Positions 46,401 to 58,400 of a stretch of DNA of 64,000 nucleotides are shown here, piece after piece. Source of the DNA: Squalus acanthias (taxonomy: Eukaryota). The notes under the pieces were generated by a model. That model worked only from the letters and a program-made list of their open reading frames with translations, ran no database searches and had not been told where the DNA came from. Both the position numbers and the translations under genes were made by a program. The stretch is taken from the NCBI GenBank assembly GCA_030390025.1, contig CM059431.1:144710001-144774000 (forward strand). The letters are read 5' to 3'. How positions within the stretch are numbered: the stretch's first letter is position 1; every line of letters begins with the position of its first letter.

Positions 46401-49400
46401 TACAGTGTGTGTCTCTCCCAGTGAGGAGTCAGACTCTGTAACAAGTGTCCCTGTGTACAGTGTGTGTCTCTCCCAGTGAGGAGTCAGACTCTGTAACAAG
46501 TGTCCCTGTGTACAGTGTGTGTCTCTCCCAGTGAGGAGTCAGACTCTGTAACAAGTGTCCCTGTGTACAGTGTGTGTCTCTCCCAGTGAGGAGTCGACTC
46601 TGTAACAAGTGTCCCTGTGTACAGTGTGTGTCCTCCCAGTGAGGAGTCAGACTCTGTAACAAGTGTCCCTGTGTACAGTGTGTGTCTCTCCAGTGAGGAG
46701 TCAGACTCTGTAACAAGTGTCCCTGTGTACAGTGTGTGTCTCTCCCAGTGAGGAGTCAGACTCTGTAACAAGTGTCCCTGTGTACAGTGTGTGTCTCCCC
46801 AGTGAGGAGTCAGACTCTGTAACAAGTGTCCCTGTGTACAGTGTGTGTCTCTCCCAGTGAGGAGTCAGACTCTGTAACAAGTGTCCCTGTGTACAGTGTG
46901 TGTCTCTCCCAGTGAGGAGTCAGACTCTGTAACAAGTGTCCCTGTGTACAGTGTGTGTCTCTCCCAGTGAGGAGTCAGACTCTGTAACAAGTGTCCCTGT
47001 GTACAGTGTGTGTCTCTCCCAGTGAGGAGTCAGACTCTGTAACAAGTGTCCCTGTGTACAGTGTGTGTCTCTCCCAGTGAGGAGTCAGACTCTGTAACAA
47101 GTGTCCCTGTGTACAGTGTGTGTCTCTCCCAGTGAGGAGTCAGACTCTGTAACAAGTGTCCCTGTGTACAGTGTGTGTCTCTCCCAGTGAGGAGTCAGAC
47201 TCTGTAACAAGTGTCCCTGTGTACAGTGTGTGTCTCTCCCAGTGAGGAGTCAGACTCTGTAACAAGTGTCCCTGTGTACAGTGTGTGTCTCTCCCAGTGA
47301 GGAGTCAGACTCTGTAACAAGTGTCCCTGTGTACAGTGTGTGTCTCTCCCAGTGAGGAGTCAGACTCTGTAACAAGTGTCCCTGTGTACAGTGTGTGTCT
47401 CTCCCAGTGAGGAGTCAGACTCTGTAACAAGTGTCCCTGTGTACAGTGTGTGTCTCTCCAGTGAGGAGTCAGACTCTGTAACAAGTGTCCCTGTGTACAG
47501 TGTGTGTCTCTCCCAGTGAGGAGTCAGACTCTGTAACAAGTGTCCCTGTGTACAGTGTGTGTCTCTCCCAGTGAGGAGTCAGACTCTGTAACAAGTGTCC
47601 CTGTGTACAGTGTGTGTCTCTCCAGTGAGGAGTCAGACTCTGTAACAAGTGTCCCTGTGTACAGTGTGTGTCTCTCCCAGTGAGGAGTCAGACTCTGTAA
47701 CAAGTGTCCCTGTGTACAGTGTGTGTCTCTCCCAGTGAGGAGTCAGACTCTGTAACAAGTGTCCCTGTGTACAGTGTGTGTCTCTCCCAGTGAGGAGTCA
47801 GACTCTGTAACAAGTGTCCCTGTGTACAGTGTGTGTCTCTCCCAGTGAGGAGTCAGAATGTAACAAGTGTCCCTGTGTACAGAGTGTGTCTCTCCCAGTG
47901 AGGAGCCAGACTCTGTAACAAGTGTCCCTGTGTACAGTGTGTGTCACTTCCAGTGAGGAGTCAGACTCTGTAACAAGTGTCCCTGTGTACAGTGTGTGTC
48001 TCTCCCAGTGAGGAGTCAGACTGTAACAAGTGTCCCTGTGCACAGTGTGTGTCTCTCCCAGTGAGGAGTCAGTCTCTGGAACAAGTGTCCCTGTGTACAC
48101 TGTGTGTCTCTCCCAGTGAGGAGTCAGACTCTGTAACAAGTGTCTCTGTGTACAGTGTGTGTCTCTCCCAGTGAGGAGTCAGACTCAGTAACAAGTGTCT
48201 CTGTGTAGAGTGTGTGTCTCCCCCCAGTGAGGAGTCAGACTCTGTAACAAGTCTCCCTGTGTACAGTGTGTGTCCCTCCCAGTGAGGAGTCAGACTCTGT
48301 AACAAGTGTCCCTGTGTACAGTGTGTGTCTCTCCCAGTGACGAGTCAGACTCTGTAACAAGTGTCCCTGTGTACAGTGTGTGTCTCTCCCAGTGAGGAGT
48401 CAGACTCTGTAACAAGTGTCCCTGTGTACAGTGTGTGTCTCTCCCAGTGAGGAGTCAGACTCTGTAACAAGTGTCCCTGTGTACAGTGTGTGTCTCTCCC
48501 AGTGAGGAGTCAGACTCTGTAACAAGTGTCCCTGTGTACAGTGTGTGTCTCTCCCAGTGAGGAGTCAGACTCTGTAACAAGTGTCCCTGTGTACAGTGTG
48601 TGTCTCTCCCAGTGAGGAGTCAGACTCTGTAACAAGTGTCCCTGTGTACAGTGTGTGTCTCTCCCAGTGAGGAGTCAGACTCTGTAACAAGTGTCCTGTG
48701 TACAGTGTGTGTCTCTCCCAGTGAGGAGTCAGACTCTGTAACAAGTGTCCCTGTGTACAGTGTGTGTCTCTCCCAGTGAGGAGTCAGACTCTGTAACAAG
48801 TGTCCCTGTGTACAGTGTGTGTCTCTCCCAGTGAGGAGTCAGACTCTGTAACAAGTGTCCCTGTGTACAGTGTGTGTCTCTCCCAGTGAGGAGTCAGACT
48901 CTGTAACAAGTGTCCCTGTGTACAGTGTGTGTCTCTCCCAGTGAGGAGTCAGACTCTGTAACAAGTGTCCCTGTGTACAGTGTGTGTCTCTCCCAGTGAG
49001 GAGTCAGACTCTGTAACAAGTGTCCCTGTGTACAGTGTGTGTCTCTCCCAGTGAGGAGTCAGACTCTGTAACAAGTGTCCCTGTGTACAGTGTGTGTCTC
49101 TCCCAGTGAGGAGTCAGACTCTGTAACAAGTGTCCCTGTGTACAGTGTGTGTCTCTCCCAGTGAGGAGTCAGACTCTGTAACAAGTGTCCCTGTGTACAG
49201 TGTGTGTCTCTCCCAGTGAGGAGTCAGACTCTGTAACAAGTGTCCCTGTGTACAGTGTGTGTCTCTCCCAGTGAGGAGTCAGACTCTGTAACAAGTGTCC
49301 CTGTGTACAGTGTGTGTCTCTCCCAGTGAGGAGTCAGACTCTGTAACAAGTGTCCCTGTGTACAGTGTGTGTCTCTCCCAGTGAGGAGTCAGACTCTGTA

Positions 49401-52400
49401 ACAAGTGTCCCTGTGTACAGTGTGTGTCTCTCCCAGTGAGGAGTCAGACTCTGTAACAAGTGTCCCTGTGTACAGTGTGTGTCTCTCCAGTGAGGAGTCA
49501 GACTCTGTAACAAGTGTCCCTGTGTACAGTGTGTGTCTCTCCCAGTGAGGAGTCAGACTCTGTAACAAGTGTCCCTGTGTACAGTGTGTGTCTCTCCAGT
49601 GAGGAGTCAGACTCTGTAACAAGTGTCCCTGTGTACAGTGTGTGTCTCTCCCAGTGAGGAGTCAGACTCTGTAACAAGTGTCCCTGTGTACAGTGTGTGT
49701 CTCTCCCAGTGAGGAGTCAGACTCTGTAACAAGTGTCCTGTGTACAGTGTGTGTCTCTCCCAGTGAGGAGTCAGACTCTGTAACCAAGTGTCCCTGTGTA
49801 CAGTGTGTGTCTCTCCAGTGAGGAGTCAGACTCTGTAACAAGTGTCCCTGTGTACAGTGTGTGTCTCTCCCAGTGAGGAGTCAGACTCTGTAACAAGTGT
49901 CCCTGTGTACAGTGTGTGTCTCTCCCAGTGAGGAGTCAGACTCTGTAACAAGTGTCCCTGTGTACAGTGTGTGTCTCTCCCAGAGAGGAGTCAGACTCTG
50001 TAACAAGTGTCCCTGTGTACAGTGTGTGTCTCTCCCAGTGAGGAGTCAGACTCTGTAACAAGTGTCCCTGTGTACAGAGTGTGTGTCTCCCAGTGAGGAG
50101 TCAGACTCTGTAACAAGTGTCCCTGTGTACAGTGTGTGTCTCTCCCAGTGAGGAGTCAGACTCTGTAACAAGTGATCCTGTGTACAGTGTGTGTCTCTCC
50201 CAGTGAGGAGTCAGACTCTGTAACAAGTGTCCCTGTGTACAGTGTGTGTCTCTCCCAGTGAGGAGTCAGACTCTGTAACAAGTGTCCCTGTGTACAGTGT
50301 GTGTCTCTCCAAGTGAGGAGTCAGACTCTGTAACAAGTGTCCCTGTGTACAGTGTGTGTCTCTCCCAGTGAGGAGTCAGACTCTGTAACAAGTGTCCCTG
50401 TGTAGAGTATGTGTCTCACCCAGTGAGGAGTCACACTCTGTAACAAGTGTCCCTGTGTACAGTGTGTGTCTCCCCCAGTGAGGAGTCTGACTCTGTAAAA
50501 CGTGTCCAGCTGTACAGTGTGTGTGTCTCCCAGTGAGGAGTCAGACTCTGTAACAAGTGTCACTGTGTACAGTGTGTGACTCTCCCAGTGAGGAGTCAGA
50601 CTCTGTAAATAGTTCTCCTGTGTACAGTGTGTGTCTCTCCCAGTGAGGAGTCAGACTCTGTAACAAGTGACCCTGTGTGCAGTGTGTGCCTCTCCCAGTG
50701 AGGAGTCAGACTCTGTAACTAGTGTCCCTGTGCACAGTGTGTGTCTCTCCCAGTGAGGAGTCAGAATCTGTAACAAGTGACCCTGTGAACAGTGTGTGGT
50801 CTCTCCCAGTGAGGAGTCAGACTCTGTAACAAGTGTCCCTGTGTACAGTGTGTGTCTCCCAGTGAGGAGTCAGACTCTGTAACAAGTGTCCCTGTGTACA
50901 GTGTGTGTCTCTCCAGTGAGGAGTCAGACTCTGTAACAAGTGTCCCTGTGTACAGTGTGTGTCTCCCCAGTGAGGAGTCAGACTCTGTAACAAGTGTCCC
51001 TGTGTACAGTGTGTGTCTCTCCCAGTGAGGAGTCAGACTCTGTAACAGTGTCCCTGTGTACAGTGTGTGTCCTCCCAGTGAGGAGTCAGACTCTGTAACA
51101 AGTGTCCCTGTGTACAGTGTGTGTCTCTCCCAGTGAGGAGTCAGACTCTGTAACAAGTGTCCCTGTGTACAGTGTGTGTCTCTCCCAGTGAGGAGTCAGA
51201 CTCTGTAACAAGTGTCCCTGTGTACAGTGTGTGTCTCTCCAGTGAGGAGTCAGACTCTGTAACAAGTGTCCCTGTGTACAGTGTGTGTCTCTCCCAGTGA
51301 GGAGTCAGACTCTGTAACAAGTGTCCCTGTGTACAGTGTGTGTCTCTCCCAGTGAGGAGTCAGACTCTGTAACAAGTGTCCCTGTGTACAGTGTGTGTCT
51401 CTCCCAGTGAGGAGTCAGACTCTGTAACTAAGTGTCCCTGTGTACAGTGTGTGTCTCTCCCAGTGAGGAGTCAGACTCTGTAACAAGTGTCCCTGTGTAC
51501 AGTGTGTGTCTCTCCCAGTGAGGAGTCAGACTCTGTAACAAGTGTCTCTGTGTACAGTGTGTGTCTCTCCCAGTGAGGAGTCAGACTCAGTAACAAGTGT
51601 CTCTGTGTAGAGTGTGTGTCTCCCAGTGAGGAGTCAGACTCTGTAACAGTGTCCCTGTGTACAGTGGTGTGTCTCTCCAGTGAGGAGTCAGACTCTGTAA
51701 CAAGTGTCCCTGTGTACAGTGTGTGTCTCTCCCAGTGAGGAGTCAGACTCTGTAACAAGTGTCCCTGTGTACAGTGTGTGTCTCTCCCAGTGAGGAGTCA
51801 GACTCTGTAACAAGTGTCCCTGTGTACAGTGTGTGTCTCTCCCAGTGAGGAGTCAGACTCTGTAACAAGTGTCCCTGTGTACAGTGTGTGTCTCTCCCAG
51901 TGAGGAGTCAGACTCTGTAACAAGTGTCCCTGTGTACAGTGTGTGTCTCTCCCAGTGAGGAGTCAGACTCTGTAACAAGTGTCCCTGTGTACAGTGTGTG
52001 TCTCTCCCAGTGAGGAGTCAGACTCTGTAACAAGTGTCCCTGTGTACAGTGTGTGTCTCTCCCAGTGAGGAGTCAGACTCTGTAACAAGTGTCCCTGTGT
52101 ACAGTGTGTGTCTCTCCCAGTGAGGAGTCAGACTCTGTAACAAGTGTCCCTGTGTACAGTGTGTGTCTCTCCCAGTGAGGAGTCAGACTCTGTAACAAGT
52201 GTCCCTGTGTACAGTGTGTGTCTCTCCCAGTGAGGAGTCAGACTCTGTAACAAGTGTCCCTGTGTACAGTGTGTGTCTCTCCCAGTGAGGAGTCAGACTC
52301 TGTAACAAGTGTCCCTGTGTACAGTGTGTGTCTCTCCCAGTGAGGAGTCAGACTCTGTAACAAGTGTCCCTGTGTACAGTGTGTGTCTCTCCCAGTGAGG

Positions 52401-55400
52401 AGTCAGACTCTGTAACAAGTGTCCCTGTGTACAGTGTGTGTCTCTCCCAGTGAGGAGTCAGACTCTGTAACAAGTGTCCCTGTGTACAGTGTGTGTCTCT
52501 CCCAGTGAGGAGTCAGACTCTGTAACAAGTGTCCCTGTGTACAGTGTGTGTCTCTCCCAGTGAGGAGTCAGACTCTGTAACAAGTGTCCCTGTGTACAGT
52601 GTGTGTCTCTCCCAGTGAGGAGTCAGACTCTGTAACAAGTGTCCCTGTGTACAGTGTGTGTCTCTCCCAGTGAGGAGTCAGACTCTGTAACAAGTGTCCC
52701 TGTGTACAGTGTGTGTCTCTCCCAGTGAGGAGTCAGACTCTGTAACAAGTGTCCCTGTGTACAGTGTGTGTCTCTCCCAGTGAGGAGTCAGACTCTGTAA
52801 CAAGTGTCCCTGTGTACAGTGTGTGTCTCTCCCAGTGAGGAGTCAGACTCTGTAACAAGTGTCCCTGTGTACAGTGTGTGTCTCTCCCAGTGAGGAGTCA
52901 GACTCTGTAACAAGTGTCCCTGTGTACAGTGTGTGTCTCTCCCAGTGAGGAGTCAGACTCTGTAACAAGTGTCCCTGTGTACAGTGTGTGTCTCTCCCAG
53001 TGAGGAGTCAGACTCTGTAACAAGTGTCCCTGTGTACAGTGTGTGTCTCTCCCAGTGAGGAGTCAGACTCTGTAACAAGTGTCCCTGTGTACAGTGTGTG
53101 TCTCTCCCAGTGAGGAGTCAGACTCTGTAACAAGTGTCCCTGTGTACAGTGTGTGTCTCTCCCAGTGAGGAGTCAGACTCTGTAACAAGTGTCCCTGTGT
53201 ACAGTGTGTGTCTCTCCCAGTGAGGAGTCAGACTCTGTAACAAGTGTCCCTGTGTACAGTGTGTGTCTCTCCCAGTGAGGAGTCAGACTCTGTAACAAGT
53301 GTCCCTGTGTACAGTGTGTGTCTCTCCCAGTGAGGAGTCAGACTCTGTAACAAGTGTCCCTGTGTACAGTGTGTGTCTCTCCCAGTGAGGAGTCAGACTC
53401 TGTAACAAGTGTCCCTGTGTACAGTGTGTGTCTCTCCCAGTGAGGAGTCAGACTCTGTAACAAGTGTCCCTGTGTACAGTGTGTGTCTCTCCCAGTGAGG
53501 AGTCAGACTCTGTAACAAGTGTCCCTGTGTACAGTGTGTGTCTCTCCCAGTGAGGAGTCAGACTCTGTAACAAGTGTCCCTGTGTACAGTGTGTGTCTCT
53601 CCCAGTGAGGAGTCAGACTCTGTAACAAGTGTCCCTGTGTACAGTGTGTGTCTCTCCCAGTGAGGAGTCAGACTCTGTAACAAGTGTCCCTGTGTACAGT
53701 GTGTGTCTCTCCCAGTGAGGAGTCAGACTCTGTAACAAGTGTCCCTGTGTACAGTGTGTGTCTCTCCCAGTGAGGAGTCAGACTCTGTAACAAGTGTCCC
53801 TGTGTACAGTGTGTGTCTCTCCCAGTGAGGAGTCAGACTCTGTAACAAGTGTCCCTGTGTACAGTGTGTGTCTCTCCCAGTGAGGAGTCAGACTCTGTAA
53901 CAAGTGTCCCTGTGTACAGTGTGTGTCTCTCCCAGTGAGGAGTCAGACTCTGTAACAAGTGTCCCTGTGTACAGTGTGTGTCTCTCCCAGTGAGGAGTCA
54001 GACTCTGTAACAAGTGTCCCTGTGTACAGTGTGTGTCTCTCCCAGTGAGGAGTCAGACTCTGTAACAAGTGTCCCTGTGTACAGTGTGTGTCTCTCCCAG
54101 TGAGGAGTCAGACTCTGTAACAAGTGTCCCTGTGTACAGTGTGTGTCTCTCCCAGTGAGGAGTCAGACTCTGTAACAAGTGTCCCTGTGTACAGTGTGTG
54201 TCTCTCCCAGTGAGGAGTCAGACTCTGTAACAAGTGTCCCTGTGTACAGTGTGTGTCTCTCCCAGTGAGGAGTCAGACTCTGTAACAAGTGTCCCTGTGT
54301 ACAGTGTGTGTCTCTCCCAGTGAGGAGTCAGACTCTGTAACAAGTGTCCCTGTGTACAGTGTGTGTCTCTCCCAGTGAGGAGTCAGACTCTGTAACAAGT
54401 GTCCCTGTGTACAGTGTGTGTCTCTCCCAGTGAGGAGTCAGACTCTGTAACAAGTGTCCCTGTGTACAGTGTGTGTCTCTCCCAGTGAGGAGTCAGACTC
54501 TGTAACAAGTGTCCCTGTGTACAGTGTGTGTCTCTCCCAGTGAGGAGTCAGACTCTGTAACAAGTGTCCCTGTGTACAGTGTGTGTCTCTCCCAGTGAGG
54601 AGTCAGACTCTGTAACAAGTGTCCCTGTGTACAGTGTGTGTCTCTCCCAGTGAGGAGTCAGACTCTGTAACAAGTGTCCCTGTGTACAGTGTGTGTCTCT
54701 CCCAGTGAGGAGTCAGACTCTGTAACAAGTGTCCCTGTGTACAGTGTGTGTCTCTCCCAGTGAGGAGTCAGACTCTGTAACAAGTGTCCCTGTGTACAGT
54801 GTGTGTCTCTCCCAGTGAGGAGTCAGACTCTGTAACAAGTGTCCCTGTGTACAGTGTGTGTCTCTCCCAGTGAGGAGTCAGACTCTGTAACAAGTGTCCC
54901 TGTGTACAGTGTGTGTCTCTCCCAGTGAGGAGTCAGACTCTGTAACAAGTGTCCCTGTGTACAGTGTGTGTCTCTCCCAGTGAGGAGTCAGACTCTGTAA
55001 CAAGTGTCCCTGTGTACAGTGTGTGTCTCTCCCAGTGAGGAGTCAGACTCTGTAACAAGTGTCCCTGTGTACAGTGTGTGTCTCTCCCAGTGAGGAGTCA
55101 GACTCTGTAACAAGTGTCCCTGTGTACAGTGTGTGTCTCTCCCAGTGAGGAGTCAGACTCTGTAACAAGTGTCCCTGTGTACAGTGTGTGTCTCTCCCAG
55201 TGAGGAGTCAGACTCTGTAACAAGTGTCCCTGTGTACAGTGTGTGTCTCTCCCAGTGAGGAGTCAGACTCTGTAACAAGTGTCCCTGTGTACAGTGTGTG
55301 TCTCTCCCAGTGAGGAGTCAGACTCTGTAACAAGTGTCCCTGTGTACAGTGTGTGTCTCTCCCAGTGAGGAGTCAGACTCTGTAACAAGTGTCCCTGTGT

Positions 55401-58400
55401 ACAGTGTGTGTCTCTCCCAGTGAGGAGTCAGACTCTGTAACAAGTGTCCCTGTGTACAGTGTGTGTCTCTCCCAGTGAGGAGTCAGACTCTGTAACAAGT
55501 GTCCCTGTGTACAGTGTGTGTCTCTCCCAGTGAGGAGTCAGACTCTGTAACAAGTGTCCCTGTGTACAGTGTGTGTCTCTCCCAGTGAGGAGTCAGACTC
55601 TGTAACAAGTGTCCCTGTGTACAGTGTGTGTCTCTCCCAGTGAGGAGTCAGACTCTGTAACAAGTGTCCCTGTGTACAGTGTGTGTCTCTCCCAGTGAGG
55701 AGTCAGACTCTGTAACAAGTGTCCCTGTGTACAGTGTGTGTCTCTCCCAGTGAGGAGTCAGACTCTGTAACAAGTGTCCCTGTGTACAGTGTGTGTCTCT
55801 CCCAGTGAGGAGTCAGACTCTGTAACAAGTGTCCCTGTGTACAGTGTGTGTCTCTCCCAGTGAGGAGTCAGACTCTGTAACAAGTGTCCCTGTGTACAGT
55901 GTGTGTCTCTCCCAGTGAGGAGTCAGACTCTGTAACAAGTGTCCCTGTGTACAGTGTGTGTCTCTCCCAGTGAGGAGTCAGACTCTGTAACAAGTGTCCC
56001 TGTGTACAGTGTGTGTCTCTCCCAGTGAGGAGTCAGACTCTGTAACAAGTGTCCCTGTGTACAGTGTGTGTCTCTCCCAGTGAGGAGTCAGACTCTGTAA
56101 CAAGTGTCCCTGTGTACAGTGTGTGTCTCTCCCAGTGAGGAGTCAGACTCTGTAACAAGTGTCCCTGTGTACAGTGTGTGTCTCTCCCAGTGAGGAGTCA
56201 GACTCTGTAACAAGTGTCCCTGTGTACAGTGTGTGTCTCTCCCAGTGAGGAGTCAGACTCTGTAACAAGTGTCCCTGTGTACAGTGTGTGTCTCTCCCAG
56301 TGAGGAGTCAGACTCTGTAACAAGTGTCCCTGTGTACAGTGTGTGTCTCTCCCAGTGAGGAGTCAGACTCTGTAACAAGTGTCCCTGTGTACAGTGTGTG
56401 TCTCTCCCAGTGAGGAGTCAGACTCTGTAACAAGTGTCCCTGTGTACAGTGTGTGTCTCTCCCAGTGAGGAGTCAGACTCTGTAACAAGTGTCCCTGTGT
56501 ACAGTGTGTGTCTCTCCCAGTGAGGAGTCAGACTCTGTAACAAGTGTCCCTGTGTACAGTGTGTGTCTCTCCCAGTGAGGAGTCAGACTCTGTAACAAGT
56601 GTCCCTGTGTACAGTGTGTGTCTCTCCCAGTGAGGAGTCAGACTCTGTAACAAGTGTCCCTGTGTACAGTGTGTGTCTCTCCCAGTGAGGAGTCAGACTC
56701 TGTAACAAGTGTCCCTGTGTACAGTGTGTGTCTCTCCCAGTGAGGAGTCAGACTCTGTAACAAGTGTCCCTGTGTACAGTGTGTGTCTCTCCCAGTGAGG
56801 AGTCAGACTCTGTAACAAGTGTCCCTGTGTACAGTGTGTGTCTCTCCCAGTGAGGAGTCAGACTCTGTAACAAGTGTCCCTGTGTACAGTGTGTGTCTCT
56901 CCCAGTGAGGAGTCAGACTCTGTAACAAGTGTCCCTGTGTACAGTGTGTGTCTCTCCCAGTGAGGAGTCAGACTCTGTAACAAGTGTCCCTGTGTACAGT
57001 GTGTGTCTCTCCCAGTGAGGAGTCAGACTCTGTAACAAGTGTCCCTGTGTACAGTGTGTGTCTCTCCCAGTGAGGAGTCAGACTCTGTAACAAGTGTCCC
57101 TGTGTACAGTGTGTGTCTCTCCCAGTGAGGAGTCAGACTCTGTAACAAGTGTCCCTGTGTACAGTGTGTGTCTCTCCCAGTGAGGAGTCAGACTCTGTAA
57201 CAAGTGTCCCTGTGTACAGTGTGTGTCTCTCCCAGTGAGGAGTCAGACTCTGTAACAAGTGTCCCTGTGTACAGTGTGTGTCTCTCCCAGTGAGGAGTCA
57301 GACTCTGTAACAAGTGTCCCTGTGTACAGTGTGTGTCTCTCCCAGTGAGGAGTCAGACTCTGTAACAAGTGTCCCTGTGTACAGTGTGTGTCTCTCCCAG
57401 TGAGGAGTCAGACTCTGTAACAAGTGTCCCTGTGTACAGTGTGTGTCTCTCCCAGTGAGGAGTCAGACTCTGTAACAAGTGTCCCTGTGTACAGTGTGTG
57501 TCTCTCCCAGTGAGGAGTCAGACTCTGTAACAAGTGTCCCTGTGTACAGTGTGTGTCTCTCCCAGTGAGGAGTCAGACTCTGTAACAAGTGTCCCTGTGT
57601 ACAGTGTGTGTCTCTCCCAGTGAGGAGTCAGACTCTGTAACAAGTGTCCCTGTGTACAGTGTGTGTCTCTCCCAGTGAGGAGTCAGACTCTGTAACAAGT
57701 GTCCCTGTGTACAGTGTGTGTCTCTCCCAGTGAGGAGTCAGACTCTGTAACAAGTGTCCCTGTGTACAGTGTGTGTCTCTCCCAGTGAGGAGTCAGACTC
57801 TGTAACAAGTGTCCCTGTGTACAGTGTGTGTCTCTCCCAGTGAGGAGTCAGACTCTGTAACAAGTGTCCCTGTGTACAGTGTGTGTCTCTCCCAGTGAGG
57901 AGTCAGACTCTGTAACAAGTGTCCCTGTGTACAGTGTGTGTCTCTCCCAGTGAGGAGTCAGACTCTGTAACAAGTGTCCCTGTGTACAGTGTGTGTCTCT
58001 CCCAGTGAGGAGTCAGACTCTGTAACAAGTGTCCCTGTGTACAGTGTGTGTCTCTCCCAGTGAGGAGTCAGACTCTGTAACAAGTGTCCCTGTGTACAGT
58101 GTGTGTCTCTCCCAGTGAGGAGTCAGACTCTGTAACAAGTGTCCCTGTGTACAGTGTGTGTCTCTCCCAGTGAGGAGTCAGACTCTGTAACAAGTGTCCC
58201 TGTGTACAGTGTGTGTCTCTCCCAGTGAGGAGTCAGACTCTGTAACAAGTGTCCCTGTGTACAGTGTGTGTCTCTCCCAGTGAGGAGTCAGACTCTGTAA
58301 CAAGTGTCCCTGTGTACAGTGTGTGTCTCTCCCAGTGAGGAGTCAGACTCTGTAACAAGTGTCCCTGTGTACAGTGTGTGTCTCTCCCAGTGAGGAGTCA

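Noticed and set aside
43635..51758. Repetitive minus-strand ORFs (LQSLTPHWERHTLYTGTLVTESDSS)
   Set aside because: These are translations of the 55-bp satellite, opened by 1-nt indels; 55 is not a multiple of 3.
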